Positions 28,883 through 38,976 of a DNA stretch of 64,000 bases are shown piece after piece; position 1 is the stretch's first letter; every line of letters begins with the position of its first letter. This stretch comes from Candidatus Helarchaeota archaeon. GTDB lineage: Archaea > Asgardarchaeota > Lokiarchaeia > Helarchaeales > RDOG01. The notes beneath the pieces were generated by a model. It did no database searches and was not told the origin of the DNA. It saw only the letters and a list, made by a program, of their open reading frames with translations. The stretch is taken from NCBI GenBank assembly GCA_019058315.1, contig JAHPZH010000002.1, positions 160,001 to 224,000 on the forward strand, given 5' to 3'. The position numbers and the translations under genes are program-made.

Positions 28883-30646
28883 ATGATTCATGAGTCGATT
28901 AGAATGGGAGAAAAAACTTTTTGTGATGATTGGAATTTTGACCCAAAGGAATTAGCTGATTACCAAAATTTAGGAGATTATAGACCTTATCGGGCATGGA
29001 TTGATAAAGTACCTGATGATATAGCAAAAACAGTTAATTATCCAAATTTAAAGGGTGCACATTGTATCTTAAAAAGAACTGCGAAAAAAAATCCTAATAA
29101 TTTAGCAATATATGATTATGATAATAAAGTAAAATATACATATCATGAATTAAATTACCATGTGGATCAAGTATCAACTGGTCTATTAGAGCTCGGGGTT
29201 CAAAAGCAGGATGGTATTGCATTTTATGGTTCAAATTGTCCTGAATACATGTTTTCACTGTTTGCTGCAAATCAAATTGGTGCTGTATGGGTACCCATTA
29301 ACCCTCTTTTAAAAAAGAAGGAAATATTACATATTTTGAATGATAGTGGAATTGTGAACACAATAATTACTCATGAAAATCAATATACAACTTTAAAACG
29401 TGCATTAAAAGAAAAATCTGTTAAAAATGTTATTGTTGTTCAAAAACAAAAAGAACAAAAGGGCGATTTTATCAATTTTGATGAATATTTTTTAAAATTT
29501 CCTTCAGAAAAACCAGAAATTACAATTAATACCAAAGAAGATTTGTTAGCTCTTATGTATACTGGTGGCACTACGGGACTACCCAAAGGTGTAATGCTAA
29601 CTCATTCAAATATTATAGCAAATACATTTCAAACCGCCTTTTACTTGGATCCAGCTGAAGGAATTATGGATAAATATGGACGATATGTAAACATGGCCGT
29701 TCTTCCTCTAGCTCACATCTTTGGTCTCTATCTAGTTTATGCAACAGTTAATCAAGCATATTCGAATATAATGCTCCAATATGATGCAAAAACAGTTTTG
29801 GAATTAATCCAGAAATATAAGGTCACGATGTTCTCTGGGGTCCCTACTCACTACCAGATTCTTGCAAATTATCCAGATTTTAATAAATATGATATTACAA
29901 GTCTAGAATTAATAACATCTGCAGGTGCAGCATTACCTCAAAAAGTTGCACAAATTTTCAAAGATGTGGGGAAAGTCATTGTTAAACAAGGCTATGGTTT
30001 AACTGAATGTAGCCCAGCAACTCATTTACAACCCGATTGGTTAGAATATAAACCAGATTCGATTGGAGTTCCTATTATCGATACTGATTGTCTGATTATT
30101 GATCCAGAGGACACAGAAAAGGAACAAGAATTTGGCCAAGCTGGAGAATTGATTATTCACGGACCTCAAGTCATGAAAGGGTATTGGAAAAAACCTAAGG
30201 CTACTGAAAAAGTGCTTATAAAACGAAATGATAATAAAACTTGGTTAAGAACGGGTGATATCGTTAAAATGGATGAAAGTGGATATTTCTATGTCGTTGG
30301 GCGAAGCAAGGAAATGATAAAGTATAAAGGCTATCGGATCTTGCCTTTTGAAATTGAAAATACCTTATATGAACACCCTGATATATTAGAGGCGGCAGTG
30401 ATTGGAATTCCTGATGATATTGTAGGAGAAAAAATTAAAGCTTTTGTTAAATTAAAACCAGAAAGTAAAGGAAAGGTGACAGAAGACCAAATTATCGAAT
30501 GGGCTAAAGAAAACATGGCAGGTTATAAATATCCAAGGGAAGTGGAATTTGTCGGTATTATTCCAAAATCACCCGTCGGAAAAGTATTAAGAAGGGCATT
30601 TCGAGAACAAGAGTTAAAAAAACGTGGTATAGATCGAGAGATATAA
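28883..30646 (+). CDS. long-chain fatty acid-CoA ligase (AMP-binding)
   Basis: YTGGTTGLPKG, QGYGLTE, LRTGD, PKSPVGKVLRR. Confidence 0.93.
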   Translation: MIHESIRMGEKTFCDDWNFDPKELADYQNLGDYRPYRAWIDKVPDDIAKTVNYPNLKGAHCILKRTAKKNPNNLAIYDYDNKVKYTYHELNYHVDQVSTGLLELGVQKQDGIAFYGSNCPEYMFSLFAANQIGAVWVPINPLLKKKEILHILNDSGIVNTIITHENQYTTLKRALKEKSVKNVIVVQKQKEQKGDFINFDEYFLKFPSEKPEITINTKEDLLALMYTGGTTGLPKGVMLTHSNIIANTFQTAFYLDPAEGIMDKYGRYVNMAVLPLAHIFGLYLVYATVNQAYSNIMLQYDAKTVLELIQKYKVTMFSGVPTHYQILANYPDFNKYDITSLELITSAGAALPQKVAQIFKDVGKVIVKQGYGLTECSPATHLQPDWLEYKPDSIGVPIIDTDCLIIDPEDTEKEQEFGQAGELIIHGPQVMKGYWKKPKATEKVLIKRNDNKTWLRTGDIVKMDESGYFYVVGRSKEMIKYKGYRILPFEIENTLYEHPDILEAAVIGIPDDIVGEKIKAFVKLKPESKGKVTEDQIIEWAKENMAGYKYPREVEFVGIIPKSPVGKVLRRAFREQELKKRGIDREI

Positions 30647-30711
30647 AACAATTTTTTATTTTTTTATGTTTAATTAGTTAAATTTGAAATAAATTCTTTT
30701 TTGGTTACTCA

Positions 30712-31842
30712 ATGACAAAAAAATATAAACGATTTTGTATAAATTGTGGTAAAACGGGTTTTTCAAAGGAAGAATTGGTTGAAGGTCTTTGTTTCAATTG
30801 TTATCAAGAGAAAAATCCCTTGATTACTTTAAAAAAACAGCCTATTATTCATTTATGCAAAATTTGTTTAGCTATCAAAATAAAAAAAGATTGGGTAAAA
30901 ACGGATGAATTGAATTTTTATGATAAAGTCGATAAATTACTTAATGACGAGGCTCAAACATATTTTAAAATTGATCCTGATATTACCGTTAAAATAAAGC
31001 TTGATAAGTCTTCTGGAATTCAAGATTTATTACAATATAATATAATAAATTTTGATGTAAACTATAATGGCAAAGTTCGTAATCTCTTCGAGGTAAATGA
31101 GAGCCAAATTCATTCAGCTAAAATTAAACATGATATCTGTGAAAATTGTAAAGGTTATAAATCAAGGGTTTCCAAATCTAAAATTCGAATTATTGCAAAA
31201 AAGAGAAATATTAATGAAACCGAAATTGAAGAAATAATAAAATTATTTAAGGATAGCGCAAATATCTATAAAGATCCAAATCTATATATTTTGAGTCCTA
31301 TTTTATCTAAAACGGAATTAATTTTCAGAGTAAGCTCAATTGATTTTGCTAGAACTATTGCAAATCAATTGAAAAGTAGATTTGGCGCAGTAATAAGAGA
31401 ATCGGTTAAATTTGTAGATCGAGAAAAATCAAAAGCTAAAAAACAAGATTTAAATATTTTAGTTAGATTAATGCCATTTTTTCCGAATGATATTGTTAAA
31501 TATATGAATAATTTGTACTATGTAATCTCAATACATGGAGATAATGTTAATTGTTTTGATTTTAAAGCCAAAGAGATAAAAAAATTTAAATCGAAGCAAA
31601 TAATTAATGGTGAAAGATATTTACCTAGATCAAAATTAGAAAAATTTATTATCACCGCAATTTATAAAGATGTAATTCAAATTATGGATTTAAAAACCTT
31701 TCAAACCTTTGAAATCGAAATAAAAAACCAACCACATTTACATAAAATAAATGAAGGAACAGAAATTAATGGATTTAGAGAAGGTGAAAGCTTATACTTA
31801 ATTCCCTTTATTATTCAAGGATCGGATGTAAAAAATGAGTAA
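30712..31842 (+). CDS. nmd3: NMD3 family large-subunit biogenesis protein
   Basis: FCINCG...GLCFNC, CKIC, ICENC Zn sites; C-terminal IQIMDLKTFQT OB-like region. Confidence 0.8.
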   Translation: MTKKYKRFCINCGKTGFSKEELVEGLCFNCYQEKNPLITLKKQPIIHLCKICLAIKIKKDWVKTDELNFYDKVDKLLNDEAQTYFKIDPDITVKIKLDKSSGIQDLLQYNIINFDVNYNGKVRNLFEVNESQIHSAKIKHDICENCKGYKSRVSKSKIRIIAKKRNINETEIEEIIKLFKDSANIYKDPNLYILSPILSKTELIFRVSSIDFARTIANQLKSRFGAVIRESVKFVDREKSKAKKQDLNILVRLMPFFPNDIVKYMNNLYYVISIHGDNVNCFDFKAKEIKKFKSKQIINGERYLPRSKLEKFIITAIYKDVIQIMDLKTFQTFEIEIKNQPHLHKINEGTEINGFREGESLYLIPFIIQGSDVKNE

Positions 31843-32938
31843 AATTTGGGATGTAGCAATTGTTGGTAGTGGGCCTGCAGGATCTACTGCTGCGATGACA
31901 TTAGCTAAAGCCGGATTTAAAACTGTATTAATTGAAAAGGATAAATTACCTAGATATAAGGTCTGTGGAGGAGCTATCCCCCAAGAATTTGTAGAAAAAA
32001 TGAAAATACCAAATGAAATTATTGAAAGGAAATTTGATTCCCTCATTCTCCATCATTTAGGTGATGAAATCTATCGTAAAGGTGAGGGTGCTTGTGTTTG
32101 GAGGTCAGATTTAGATAAATATATGACTGATTTAGCAGTAAATGCTAATGCTACTTTATTGGAAGGAAGTAAAATAATAAAAGCTACTTCTAAAAATCAA
32201 ATATTTACATTATTCACTTATAATTCAAAAATTCAAAGTAGAATTTTAATTGCTGCTGATGGTGTCCCTTCAACCATCTTAAAATCTTTTGGGTGGAAAA
32301 GTTTTCCTCAGAATGATATCGCTCAGACATTAACCTATGAAATAAAAATATCTGAAAAGAATATTGATAAAAGATTAGGCGAGACTAGTATGCACTTATA
32401 CTTTGGGAAAAAAGATATTTGTGATATAGGATATGCTTGGCTTTTCCCAAAGAGAGAAGTAATAAGCGTTGGCTGGGGATGCGAATTATCCAAAATAAAG
32501 AATGTTCGGGAAGAATTTCAAAACTTTTTGAAAATTGTCAAGAATGTGATTCATGATGGTAAAACAATAAAAAAAGCTGCACATTTAGTCCCTGTTGGAT
32601 TTCAAAATAAGTTTAATGATAATGGATTGGTAGCTGTAGGGGATGCTGCTGGATTTGTTGATCCTTTAAGTGGGAAAGGTATTGCATATGCTGCAAGTTC
32701 TGGAGTAATAGCCGGAAAAGTTATTAAAAAAGCTTTGGAAGAAGAAAATAAACAGATTATTTCAACAGAATATGAAAAAGAACTAAATTCAGAATTTTTA
32801 AAGGCGCTAAAAGCTAAAAAAAAGATACAACCAGATGTTTATAAGTCAGATGATAATATAAGACGATTTTTAAATCTGTGGAAAGATAATAGATCTACAA
32901 TTATTGCCCAAAAATTATGGGATTTAAAGGATAATTAA
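31835..32938 (+). CDS. geranylgeranyl reductase family FAD oxidoreductase
   Basis: GSGPAGS, PRYKVCGG, ADG, GYAWLFP, VGDAAGFVDPLSG.GI. Confidence 0.9.
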   Translation: MSKIWDVAIVGSGPAGSTAAMTLAKAGFKTVLIEKDKLPRYKVCGGAIPQEFVEKMKIPNEIIERKFDSLILHHLGDEIYRKGEGACVWRSDLDKYMTDLAVNANATLLEGSKIIKATSKNQIFTLFTYNSKIQSRILIAADGVPSTILKSFGWKSFPQNDIAQTLTYEIKISEKNIDKRLGETSMHLYFGKKDICDIGYAWLFPKREVISVGWGCELSKIKNVREEFQNFLKIVKNVIHDGKTIKKAAHLVPVGFQNKFNDNGLVAVGDAAGFVDPLSGKGIAYAASSGVIAGKVIKKALEEENKQIISTEYEKELNSEFLKALKAKKKIQPDVYKSDDNIRRFLNLWKDNRSTIIAQKLWDLKDN

Positions 32939-33004
32939 ACATACAATATTATAAAAATCTAAATTTTACTATACTATTTATTATTTAGATTCTAAGTTAA
33001 TCCA

Positions 33005-33790
33005 TTGAGGATTATTTCTATGGGAACAGATGAAAAAATAGAACGATTAGAAAGAAAAATTGATAAAAGAAGGATTAGAGAAAAACGATCGGAAGATCAA
33101 TCTGCTATTGAAGGAACTTTCGACACAGCTACGATAATGATATTATACGAATTAATAAATAAGCATGTATTAGATTACTTAGGTGGAGTAATTTCTACTG
33201 GAAAAGAAGCCAACGTTTACAAAGGTTTTGGAGAAGACGGTGAAATATATGCTGTTAAAATTTATCGCATCAAAACAGCCGATGCTAATTTTATGAAACA
33301 ATATATCATAGGAGATCCTAGATTTAAACGTGTTAGAAAAAAAACACATGATCTAGTTTATACATGGGCAGAAAAGGAATTTAAGAATTTAAAACGGGCA
33401 CATTCTGCAGGTGTGAGAGTTCCTAATCCAATTCACGTTAAAAAAAACATTTTAGTTATGGAATTTATTGGCGAAGGGGACATTTCTGCTCCCCGTTTAA
33501 AGGATTCACCACCTAAGAAACCACAAATGGTATTTAATAAAATTTATTCCTATATGAAGGGATTATACCAAAAAGCTAGACTTGTTCATGCAGATTTAAG
33601 CGAATATAATATCCTCATGTGGAAAGGACCAGTTATTATTGATATTTCTCAAGCGGTAACTCTAGAACATCCCAATGCTGAAGAATTCCTACTCAGGGAC
33701 ATTCAAAATATATTAAAATATTTTAACCAATTCAAAGGGATTAAACTTCCTACTTTAAAAAAAGCATACAAAGAGATTACGAAGGTTTAA
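33005..33790 (+). CDS. rio1: RIO1 serine kinase
   Basis: ISTGKEANVY, WAEKEFKNL, LVHADLSEYNIL, IDISQAV...HP. Confidence 0.95.
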   Translation: MRIISMGTDEKIERLERKIDKRRIREKRSEDQSAIEGTFDTATIMILYELINKHVLDYLGGVISTGKEANVYKGFGEDGEIYAVKIYRIKTADANFMKQYIIGDPRFKRVRKKTHDLVYTWAEKEFKNLKRAHSAGVRVPNPIHVKKNILVMEFIGEGDISAPRLKDSPPKKPQMVFNKIYSYMKGLYQKARLVHADLSEYNILMWKGPVIIDISQAVTLEHPNAEEFLLRDIQNILKYFNQFKGIKLPTLKKAYKEITKV

Positions 33791-33803
33791 ATGAGGCATA
33801 TTA

Positions 33804-34388
33804 TTGTCTGCTAATCAAGAATTTTTTGTTAAAATCGCTAAAAATCGCATTGCTGTGTTAATTGGACCAAATGGGGAAACCAAATCATTAATTGAAAGGA
33901 AAACTAATTCTAAAATTGATATTAATAGTAAAGAGGGGGATGTTACAATTTCTTCAACATCTAAAACAACTGATCCTCTTTCTATCTGGACTGCAAAAGA
34001 TATTGTAACAGCGATTGGTAGAGGTTTTAGTCCAGAAAAAACGTATTCACTATTAAATGAAGAAATAATGTTAGAGGTAATAGATTTAAGTATTTTTTGT
34101 GGTAAATCAAAAAGTAAATTATTACGTTTAAAGGGTCGAATAATTGGAGAAAAAGGTAAGACCCGAAGAATGATTGAAGAATTAACAGAAGCATATATTT
34201 CTGTATTCGGACATACTGTTGGGATAATTGGTGAGCAATTATCTCTGGAAACAGCTAAAAAAGCTATTATGATGTTAATTAAGGGGTCACAGCATTCTTC
34301 AGTTTACAAATTTTTAGGTAGAAAGCGAGATAAAATTAAAAAAACTAAATTCTCAATCTGGAAACCATTTCAACTAGAGGAAGAATAA
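33804..34388 (+). CDS. KH-domain pre-rRNA processing protein Dim2/Pno1
   Basis: RIAVLIG..G.TK, AIGRGFSPE, RLKGRIIGEKGKTRR, G..H..VY. Confidence 0.93.
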   Translation: MSANQEFFVKIAKNRIAVLIGPNGETKSLIERKTNSKIDINSKEGDVTISSTSKTTDPLSIWTAKDIVTAIGRGFSPEKTYSLLNEEIMLEVIDLSIFCGKSKSKLLRLKGRIIGEKGKTRRMIEELTEAYISVFGHTVGIIGEQLSLETAKKAIMMLIKGSQHSSVYKFLGRKRDKIKKTKFSIWKPFQLEEE

Positions 34389-34485
34389 TTATTTTGTGTC
34401 AGATTATAAAGTATTAATATGGATAAATAGAAAATCCACTATTTATAAGGCTTTATCATTCTTGAAATGTTCAAGATTTTTTATT

Positions 34486-34563
34486 TTACTTTTTACTTCC
34501 ACTAACTCTACCAGCAACCTTTTTCTTTTTCAATTTTATTTTTTTTGGTGGTCTTTTCTTCAT
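34486..34563 (-). CDS. 25-aa Lys-rich micro-protein MKKRPPKKIKLKKKKVAGRVSGSKK
   Basis: Manual translation; strong SD GAGGTG about 6 nt upstream of the ATG; below the ORF-track size cutoff. Confidence 0.5.
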   Translation of the reverse strand: MKKRPPKKIKLKKKKVAGRVSGSKK

Positions 34564-34677
34564 TTAAAACACCTCAATTCTTTTATATTCTTTTTAAAAT
34601 ATTCAAATTATTAATTTAGAGTTAAAGATTTATCGAATTTTATTATTTAAACATTAAGTTAAAAAAAAATGAAAAAA

Positions 34678-34758
34678 TTATTTTTCAGAATCGCCTTCAG
34701 GACTTATCTCTTCAAGTATTAAGCCATCTTCGGTAATTGGAGCCTTTCTGAGGATAAA
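34678..34758 (-). pseudogene. displaced alternative 3' end of the DUF4139 gene
   Basis: Encodes FILRKAPITEDGLILEEISPEGDSEK*, versus the active end FILNKAPVTEDDIVFEMDTEISGK*. 21/22-nt identity between 34725-34746 and 34975-34996. Confidence 0.75.
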
Positions 34759-34798
34759 AGGAGAATGATTTCAATATAATAAAGTAGAAAAAAAACAT

Positions 34799-34909
34799 TC
34801 AGAATTTATGTTTCTTTTCAAGAATAAGTGGATCATCACCGTAACGGACTTTTCTTCCTTTATAATATAGTTTCACTTTTTCATTACAAATTTGTATTCG
34901 AGGATGTAA
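34799..34909 (-). pseudogene. possible decayed GNAT/RimI C-terminal fragment
   Basis: LHPRIQICNEKVKLYYKGRKVRYGDDPLILEKKHKF* resembles RimI LxVRxSNxxAxxLYxK...GRRxxYYxDxEDAxxM; no start codon found. Confidence 0.35.
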
Positions 34910-34933
34910 AAGAAAAAAATAAAAAAAAATAAA

Positions 34934-37900
34934 TTATTTTCCTGAAATTTCTGTATCCATTTCAAAAACTATATCATCTTCGGTAACTGGAGCCTTATTA
35001 AGAATAAATTCTTCAATTTGTTTATCTAAAGGTTCGATTTTAGAATTTAATTCTTTAATTTTTTGATATAATTCTTCGATTTTTACTTCTTGAACCTCTA
35101 ACTTTCCAGTATATCTTGCTCTTGATGATTGTTCGCTAGAGTGTAAACTTTTCAAATTTTCCCTTAATCTTTTTTGGTCCTGAACAATATCATCATATTC
35201 TTTTTGTAACTCAGAAATTTCTTTTAAGATGTCCTTTTTGTTTTCTAATAAACCTACTAATTCCAAAAGGAACTCGTTCTGTTCATTATTTAAAAGGTTT
35301 CTTTCGATCCAGTGCTCTATTACTATTCTCGTTATATCTGTATAAATTATGCTAGATTCCGTTTTAGTTCTTAGCTTAAATTCATATTCTTTATTTAATG
35401 TTGATTCAGCAATTCTTGTCTTAAAACTCCAAAACTTAAATTTCTCTCGATAATCATAATCACCTGGAACAATTTCATAATTAGACTCTTTTGCATGTTC
35501 TATGATAATATCTCGAGAAAATTCATTGTGGTTTGTCATGGTGTATACATTTGTTTGGATTATGTAATATTTTTCATAAATACCGGATCTTTTAAAGACA
35601 ATTTCATGAGGTTCTTTCTGGGTTTTTTCTGATTTTCTATGTATCACATATACATTCGTATCTTGATCTACTGGAATTCGATATTTATCATTTTCTTTTA
35701 GGGTTGGTAATATGGATTCACCAATGTAATTCTTTTTGTCCCAAACCGTAACTGGACCACACATTATGGTTTTTGCTAACGTGTTTTCTATTTCAAAATT
35801 TAATATAGGGTACTCTGAACCTCTATCCAAATTAAAAACTAGATATAACTGACAATTAACTCGTTCTCTGAAAATATTCTCTATTTTCGACTGTCTCCCA
35901 GGAACAAGATCAACTCTAGGATCATCTAAATATTTTTGTATATTTGCATCGTTCATTTTGTAACATTCTAAGTTGAATCCTTCAGTTTCTTTAATCAATT
36001 TATAGGAAAGTTCTGAGTCATTGATTAATTTCATATTAGAAAATTGATTCATTCCTTCTTGTGCAAATGGTGTAAATGAGAATGGATCTCTTATTGGACC
36101 TTTGAACTTCAATACGAATGTTTTTTTCTCTTTTGGACCAATATTGATCAAAAATCTATAGAAATCTTGAAGTTCTTCATAAGGATTTGAAGAATCAAAT
36201 AGATCATACTGAATTTTGGGATGTTCGAGGATAATCGCCTTACTTTCCTCACCTTTATTCTCGAGAGAATATTCATAGATATATATTAATTCCTTTAAAC
36301 GGAAAAGTCCCCATAAGTAATAAATTAGACCAGTATCTTCGGTTTTTGTTTCAGTGTTTAATATAATTTCACAATTTGTGTCAATTGAATATGGTATGAT
36401 TGTTTTCTCTTTCTTTTCTAAGATCGGTAGCATACCTACGCTTAAAAATTTCTCATCCTGATATATTGTTATGGGACCTGATTCTATGATTTTATCCAAA
36501 GAATTGATTACTTCAACACATTTTAAAGGATAATTTCTAGTATAAGTGTAGTTAAATAAGCTAATTTTTTTGCCATCAATTTCGGATTCATATTTATTTT
36601 CTATGACATTTTGTTGAACATCATCGATTTTCTTTTCTTTTACTTCACAACATTTCAGTTTTAATGTATCCGGCTTCATAGTAATATTATATGTTAAATC
36701 TGTGCTTACAATAAGTCCTTGAGAATGTAATCTATTTACTAGATTTGGAGATATCGAATCGAGACCTGTGCCAATTTTATTTAATTTTCTAAAAGTAATT
36801 ACGAACTCTTTAACCTCTCGAGCTTTTATTTCTACTCTGAATCTAAGATAATTTGCTGTTTTTTCAATGGGTTCTTCAGTATCATAAAGATAAAAACCTG
36901 AGACTTTTGGCTGTTCTATAATAAGAGCTTTATCTAATGTTGAAGAATTAATTATTTTATAAACAAATTTTTTGATACTATAGACCATTTTATAAAAACT
37001 GCCATTTTTAAAAATAAATTGTCTCGTATCTTTTTGAATATCCTCAATTTTCTTTAGAACTCTTACCTGTAAATCAACAGAATACGGAACTCTTCTTTCC
37101 TCAGTTGGTCTTAAAAATGGTAAAACTGCTTCACCCTCAAAAATAGCTTCCGATGATTCGGGCTCGAAACCATAAAATGAAATAGGTCCACTTTCTAAGG
37201 AATATCCACTCGTGTTTTTAATGTTAACAGAAAGCATCGGGTTAATTTCTCGAACTTTTTCATTGTAAACACTCACTTTTTCTCCTTTGATTTTCTTTTG
37301 AAGTATTGGAATTAAAGCAGATTGATTTCTTTTAACAGTTACAGGTACTGGCACAACATATCTAAAAGCTAACTCTTCCGAAGATTTAGCCTCTTCAGAT
37401 ACTTTAAAATCGGAAACCGTTTTAGACGAGCTATCAGCTGAGGTACCTGATGAAAAAGCTAAACTAGATGTAGGTCCACCTCTAAAAACACTAGTAGCAT
37501 CTGCTATAGTTAATTTTGGTAGATCATCAGGTATCTCTTCTTCATCCATGTCCATTTCAAGTTCTATTGGCTCTTCTTTTCCTAATTCTCTCATTTTTCT
37601 TTTCTTTGGTGCTTTTAATTCGGACATTAATGCTGAGGTTGCTCGTGCCATTGGTGGAGGTGGTGCAGGTACCGCAGGAGGACCGCCTGGACCCGCAGCA
37701 AAACCTAATTTTTTACCTTTTTTAGGTCGTGAGGGTTTTCTTTCAACTGCACCTGCTGGCATATCTTCTGTTTCTGGAAGAAGTCCAACTTCAGCTTCAC
37801 TTTCCTCAAATTCAACAGCAGATAAACCATACTCTTTTTCTGGTTTCTTAAAGGATCGAGTTATCCAATTTGGTGTGTACAAATCGTAGACGAAAGAAAT

Positions 37901-38656
37901 AGGAAGCCCAGACACTAAAGTAAGATCCACATTTAGCCAATCTTCGTCTAGAACATTATCGACTAAGGCGTAATTTTGTAAATAAAATTCAGAATCATCT
38001 TCAAACATTCCGCTTATTAAACGATAACTACATTTCCAGCTTGGAGTATCTTGAAGGTATATTATCATTACTTCTTCGTTAGGCGAATCCCCATCAAAAT
38101 AAATCGTTAATGTTTTATTATCTTTCTTTTTGCCCAAATAGATGGTATTAATAAAAAATTCTAACTCATCTTGCATTTTTTTATCTTGTAATGTAAAGTT
38201 TGAGTCTGGACCTGTTATATCCATTAATTTAATATTTTTTATCTGTCCACCCTTCTCGCAGATTGTGACATAGGGTTCAGGTATCGCCTTTTCCTTTCCC
38301 TCTCTCAGATATTCTTGAATTCCTAAAATCTTTCCTTCAACCATATGATTTGTGAATTCTATTTTAATTTCGGTCCCAATTAATTGCTTTATAAGGGTAA
38401 TAAACGCATCAATTTGTGGAACTTTAATTAATGATCCCTCTAATGCCTTTGCTGTGTCGATATCACTTGCTTCATAGGATACACCAGCTATTTTCGCTTT
38501 CTCTGTCAAAATCGAAAGTGTTGCCAGAAGATCATTCATTGTTTTCTTTCTAAAAGAAAAAGTCACAGACTTATCTTTAGTTAAGTCAATGGCACCTCTT
38601 CTCTCAAAGTATCCAATTCCAGTCTTAAATAGTACAACTTTTTTAATATCTAACAT
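34934..38656 (-). CDS. large DUF4139-family protein with three repeated C-terminal modules and a terminal coiled coil
   Basis: VVLFKTGIGYFERRG, W.CSYRL, VDN...EDW.NV.LTLVSG.PISF.YDLY; repeats ESGPISFY / ESGPITIY / MCGPVTVW and IIE(H/Q)xK. Confidence 0.8.
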   Translation of the reverse strand: MLDIKKVVLFKTGIGYFERRGAIDLTKDKSVTFSFRKKTMNDLLATLSILTEKAKIAGVSYEASDIDTAKALEGSLIKVPQIDAFITLIKQLIGTEIKIEFTNHMVEGKILGIQEYLREGKEKAIPEPYVTICEKGGQIKNIKLMDITGPDSNFTLQDKKMQDELEFFINTIYLGKKKDNKTLTIYFDGDSPNEEVMIIYLQDTPSWKCSYRLISGMFEDDSEFYLQNYALVDNVLDEDWLNVDLTLVSGLPISFVYDLYTPNWITRSFKKPEKEYGLSAVEFEESEAEVGLLPETEDMPAGAVERKPSRPKKGKKLGFAAGPGGPPAVPAPPPPMARATSALMSELKAPKKRKMRELGKEEPIELEMDMDEEEIPDDLPKLTIADATSVFRGGPTSSLAFSSGTSADSSSKTVSDFKVSEEAKSSEELAFRYVVPVPVTVKRNQSALIPILQKKIKGEKVSVYNEKVREINPMLSVNIKNTSGYSLESGPISFYGFEPESSEAIFEGEAVLPFLRPTEERRVPYSVDLQVRVLKKIEDIQKDTRQFIFKNGSFYKMVYSIKKFVYKIINSSTLDKALIIEQPKVSGFYLYDTEEPIEKTANYLRFRVEIKAREVKEFVITFRKLNKIGTGLDSISPNLVNRLHSQGLIVSTDLTYNITMKPDTLKLKCCEVKEKKIDDVQQNVIENKYESEIDGKKISLFNYTYTRNYPLKCVEVINSLDKIIESGPITIYQDEKFLSVGMLPILEKKEKTIIPYSIDTNCEIILNTETKTEDTGLIYYLWGLFRLKELIYIYEYSLENKGEESKAIILEHPKIQYDLFDSSNPYEELQDFYRFLINIGPKEKKTFVLKFKGPIRDPFSFTPFAQEGMNQFSNMKLINDSELSYKLIKETEGFNLECYKMNDANIQKYLDDPRVDLVPGRQSKIENIFRERVNCQLYLVFNLDRGSEYPILNFEIENTLAKTIMCGPVTVWDKKNYIGESILPTLKENDKYRIPVDQDTNVYVIHRKSEKTQKEPHEIVFKRSGIYEKYYIIQTNVYTMTNHNEFSRDIIIEHAKESNYEIVPGDYDYREKFKFWSFKTRIAESTLNKEYEFKLRTKTESSIIYTDITRIVIEHWIERNLLNNEQNEFLLELVGLLENKKDILKEISELQKEYDDIVQDQKRLRENLKSLHSSEQSSRARYTGKLEVQEVKIEELYQKIKELNSKIEPLDKQIEEFILNKAPVTEDDIVFEMDTEISGK

Positions 38657-38895
38657 GTAAATCGCCCTTTTTCCAAGATTATTTTAATTTTTTCAGAAAT
38701 ATAAAAAGGCAATTCATCTAAAAAATTCTTAATATTTAAAACTTATAATTTGTAGAATAATTGTTGGATTTCAAAAACCATAAAATTAATAAAATTGGAA
38801 TCATTCAATTTCTAAAGGCTCTATTTTATTATTCGATAGCGAAATAGTAAAATCTCAACCTAAAGAGTCTGTAAATAGTAGACAAACAATAATTA

Positions 38896-38972
38896 GCCGT
38901 CGTGGCTTAGTTAGGTAGAGCATCCGGCTGTTAACCGGACGGTCGTAGGTTCGAATCCTACCGACGGCGCCA
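38896..38972 (+). tRNA. tRNA-Asn(GTT), intronless, CCA encoded
   Basis: GCCGTCG/CGACGGC acceptor stem, TCCGG-CTGTTAA-CCGGA anticodon arm, GTTCGAATC. Confidence 0.97.
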
Positions 38973-38976
38973 ATAT

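Noticed and set aside
34396-34614. 72-aa plus-strand ORF after dim2
   Set aside because: Phe-rich shadow of T-rich DNA with no SD; the antisense micro-ORF has a much better SD.
34795-34842. Possible minus-strand C/D sRNA (GTGATGA...TTGA...CTGA)
   Set aside because: No C' box, the second guide is too short and there is no terminal stem; better explained as a coding remnant.
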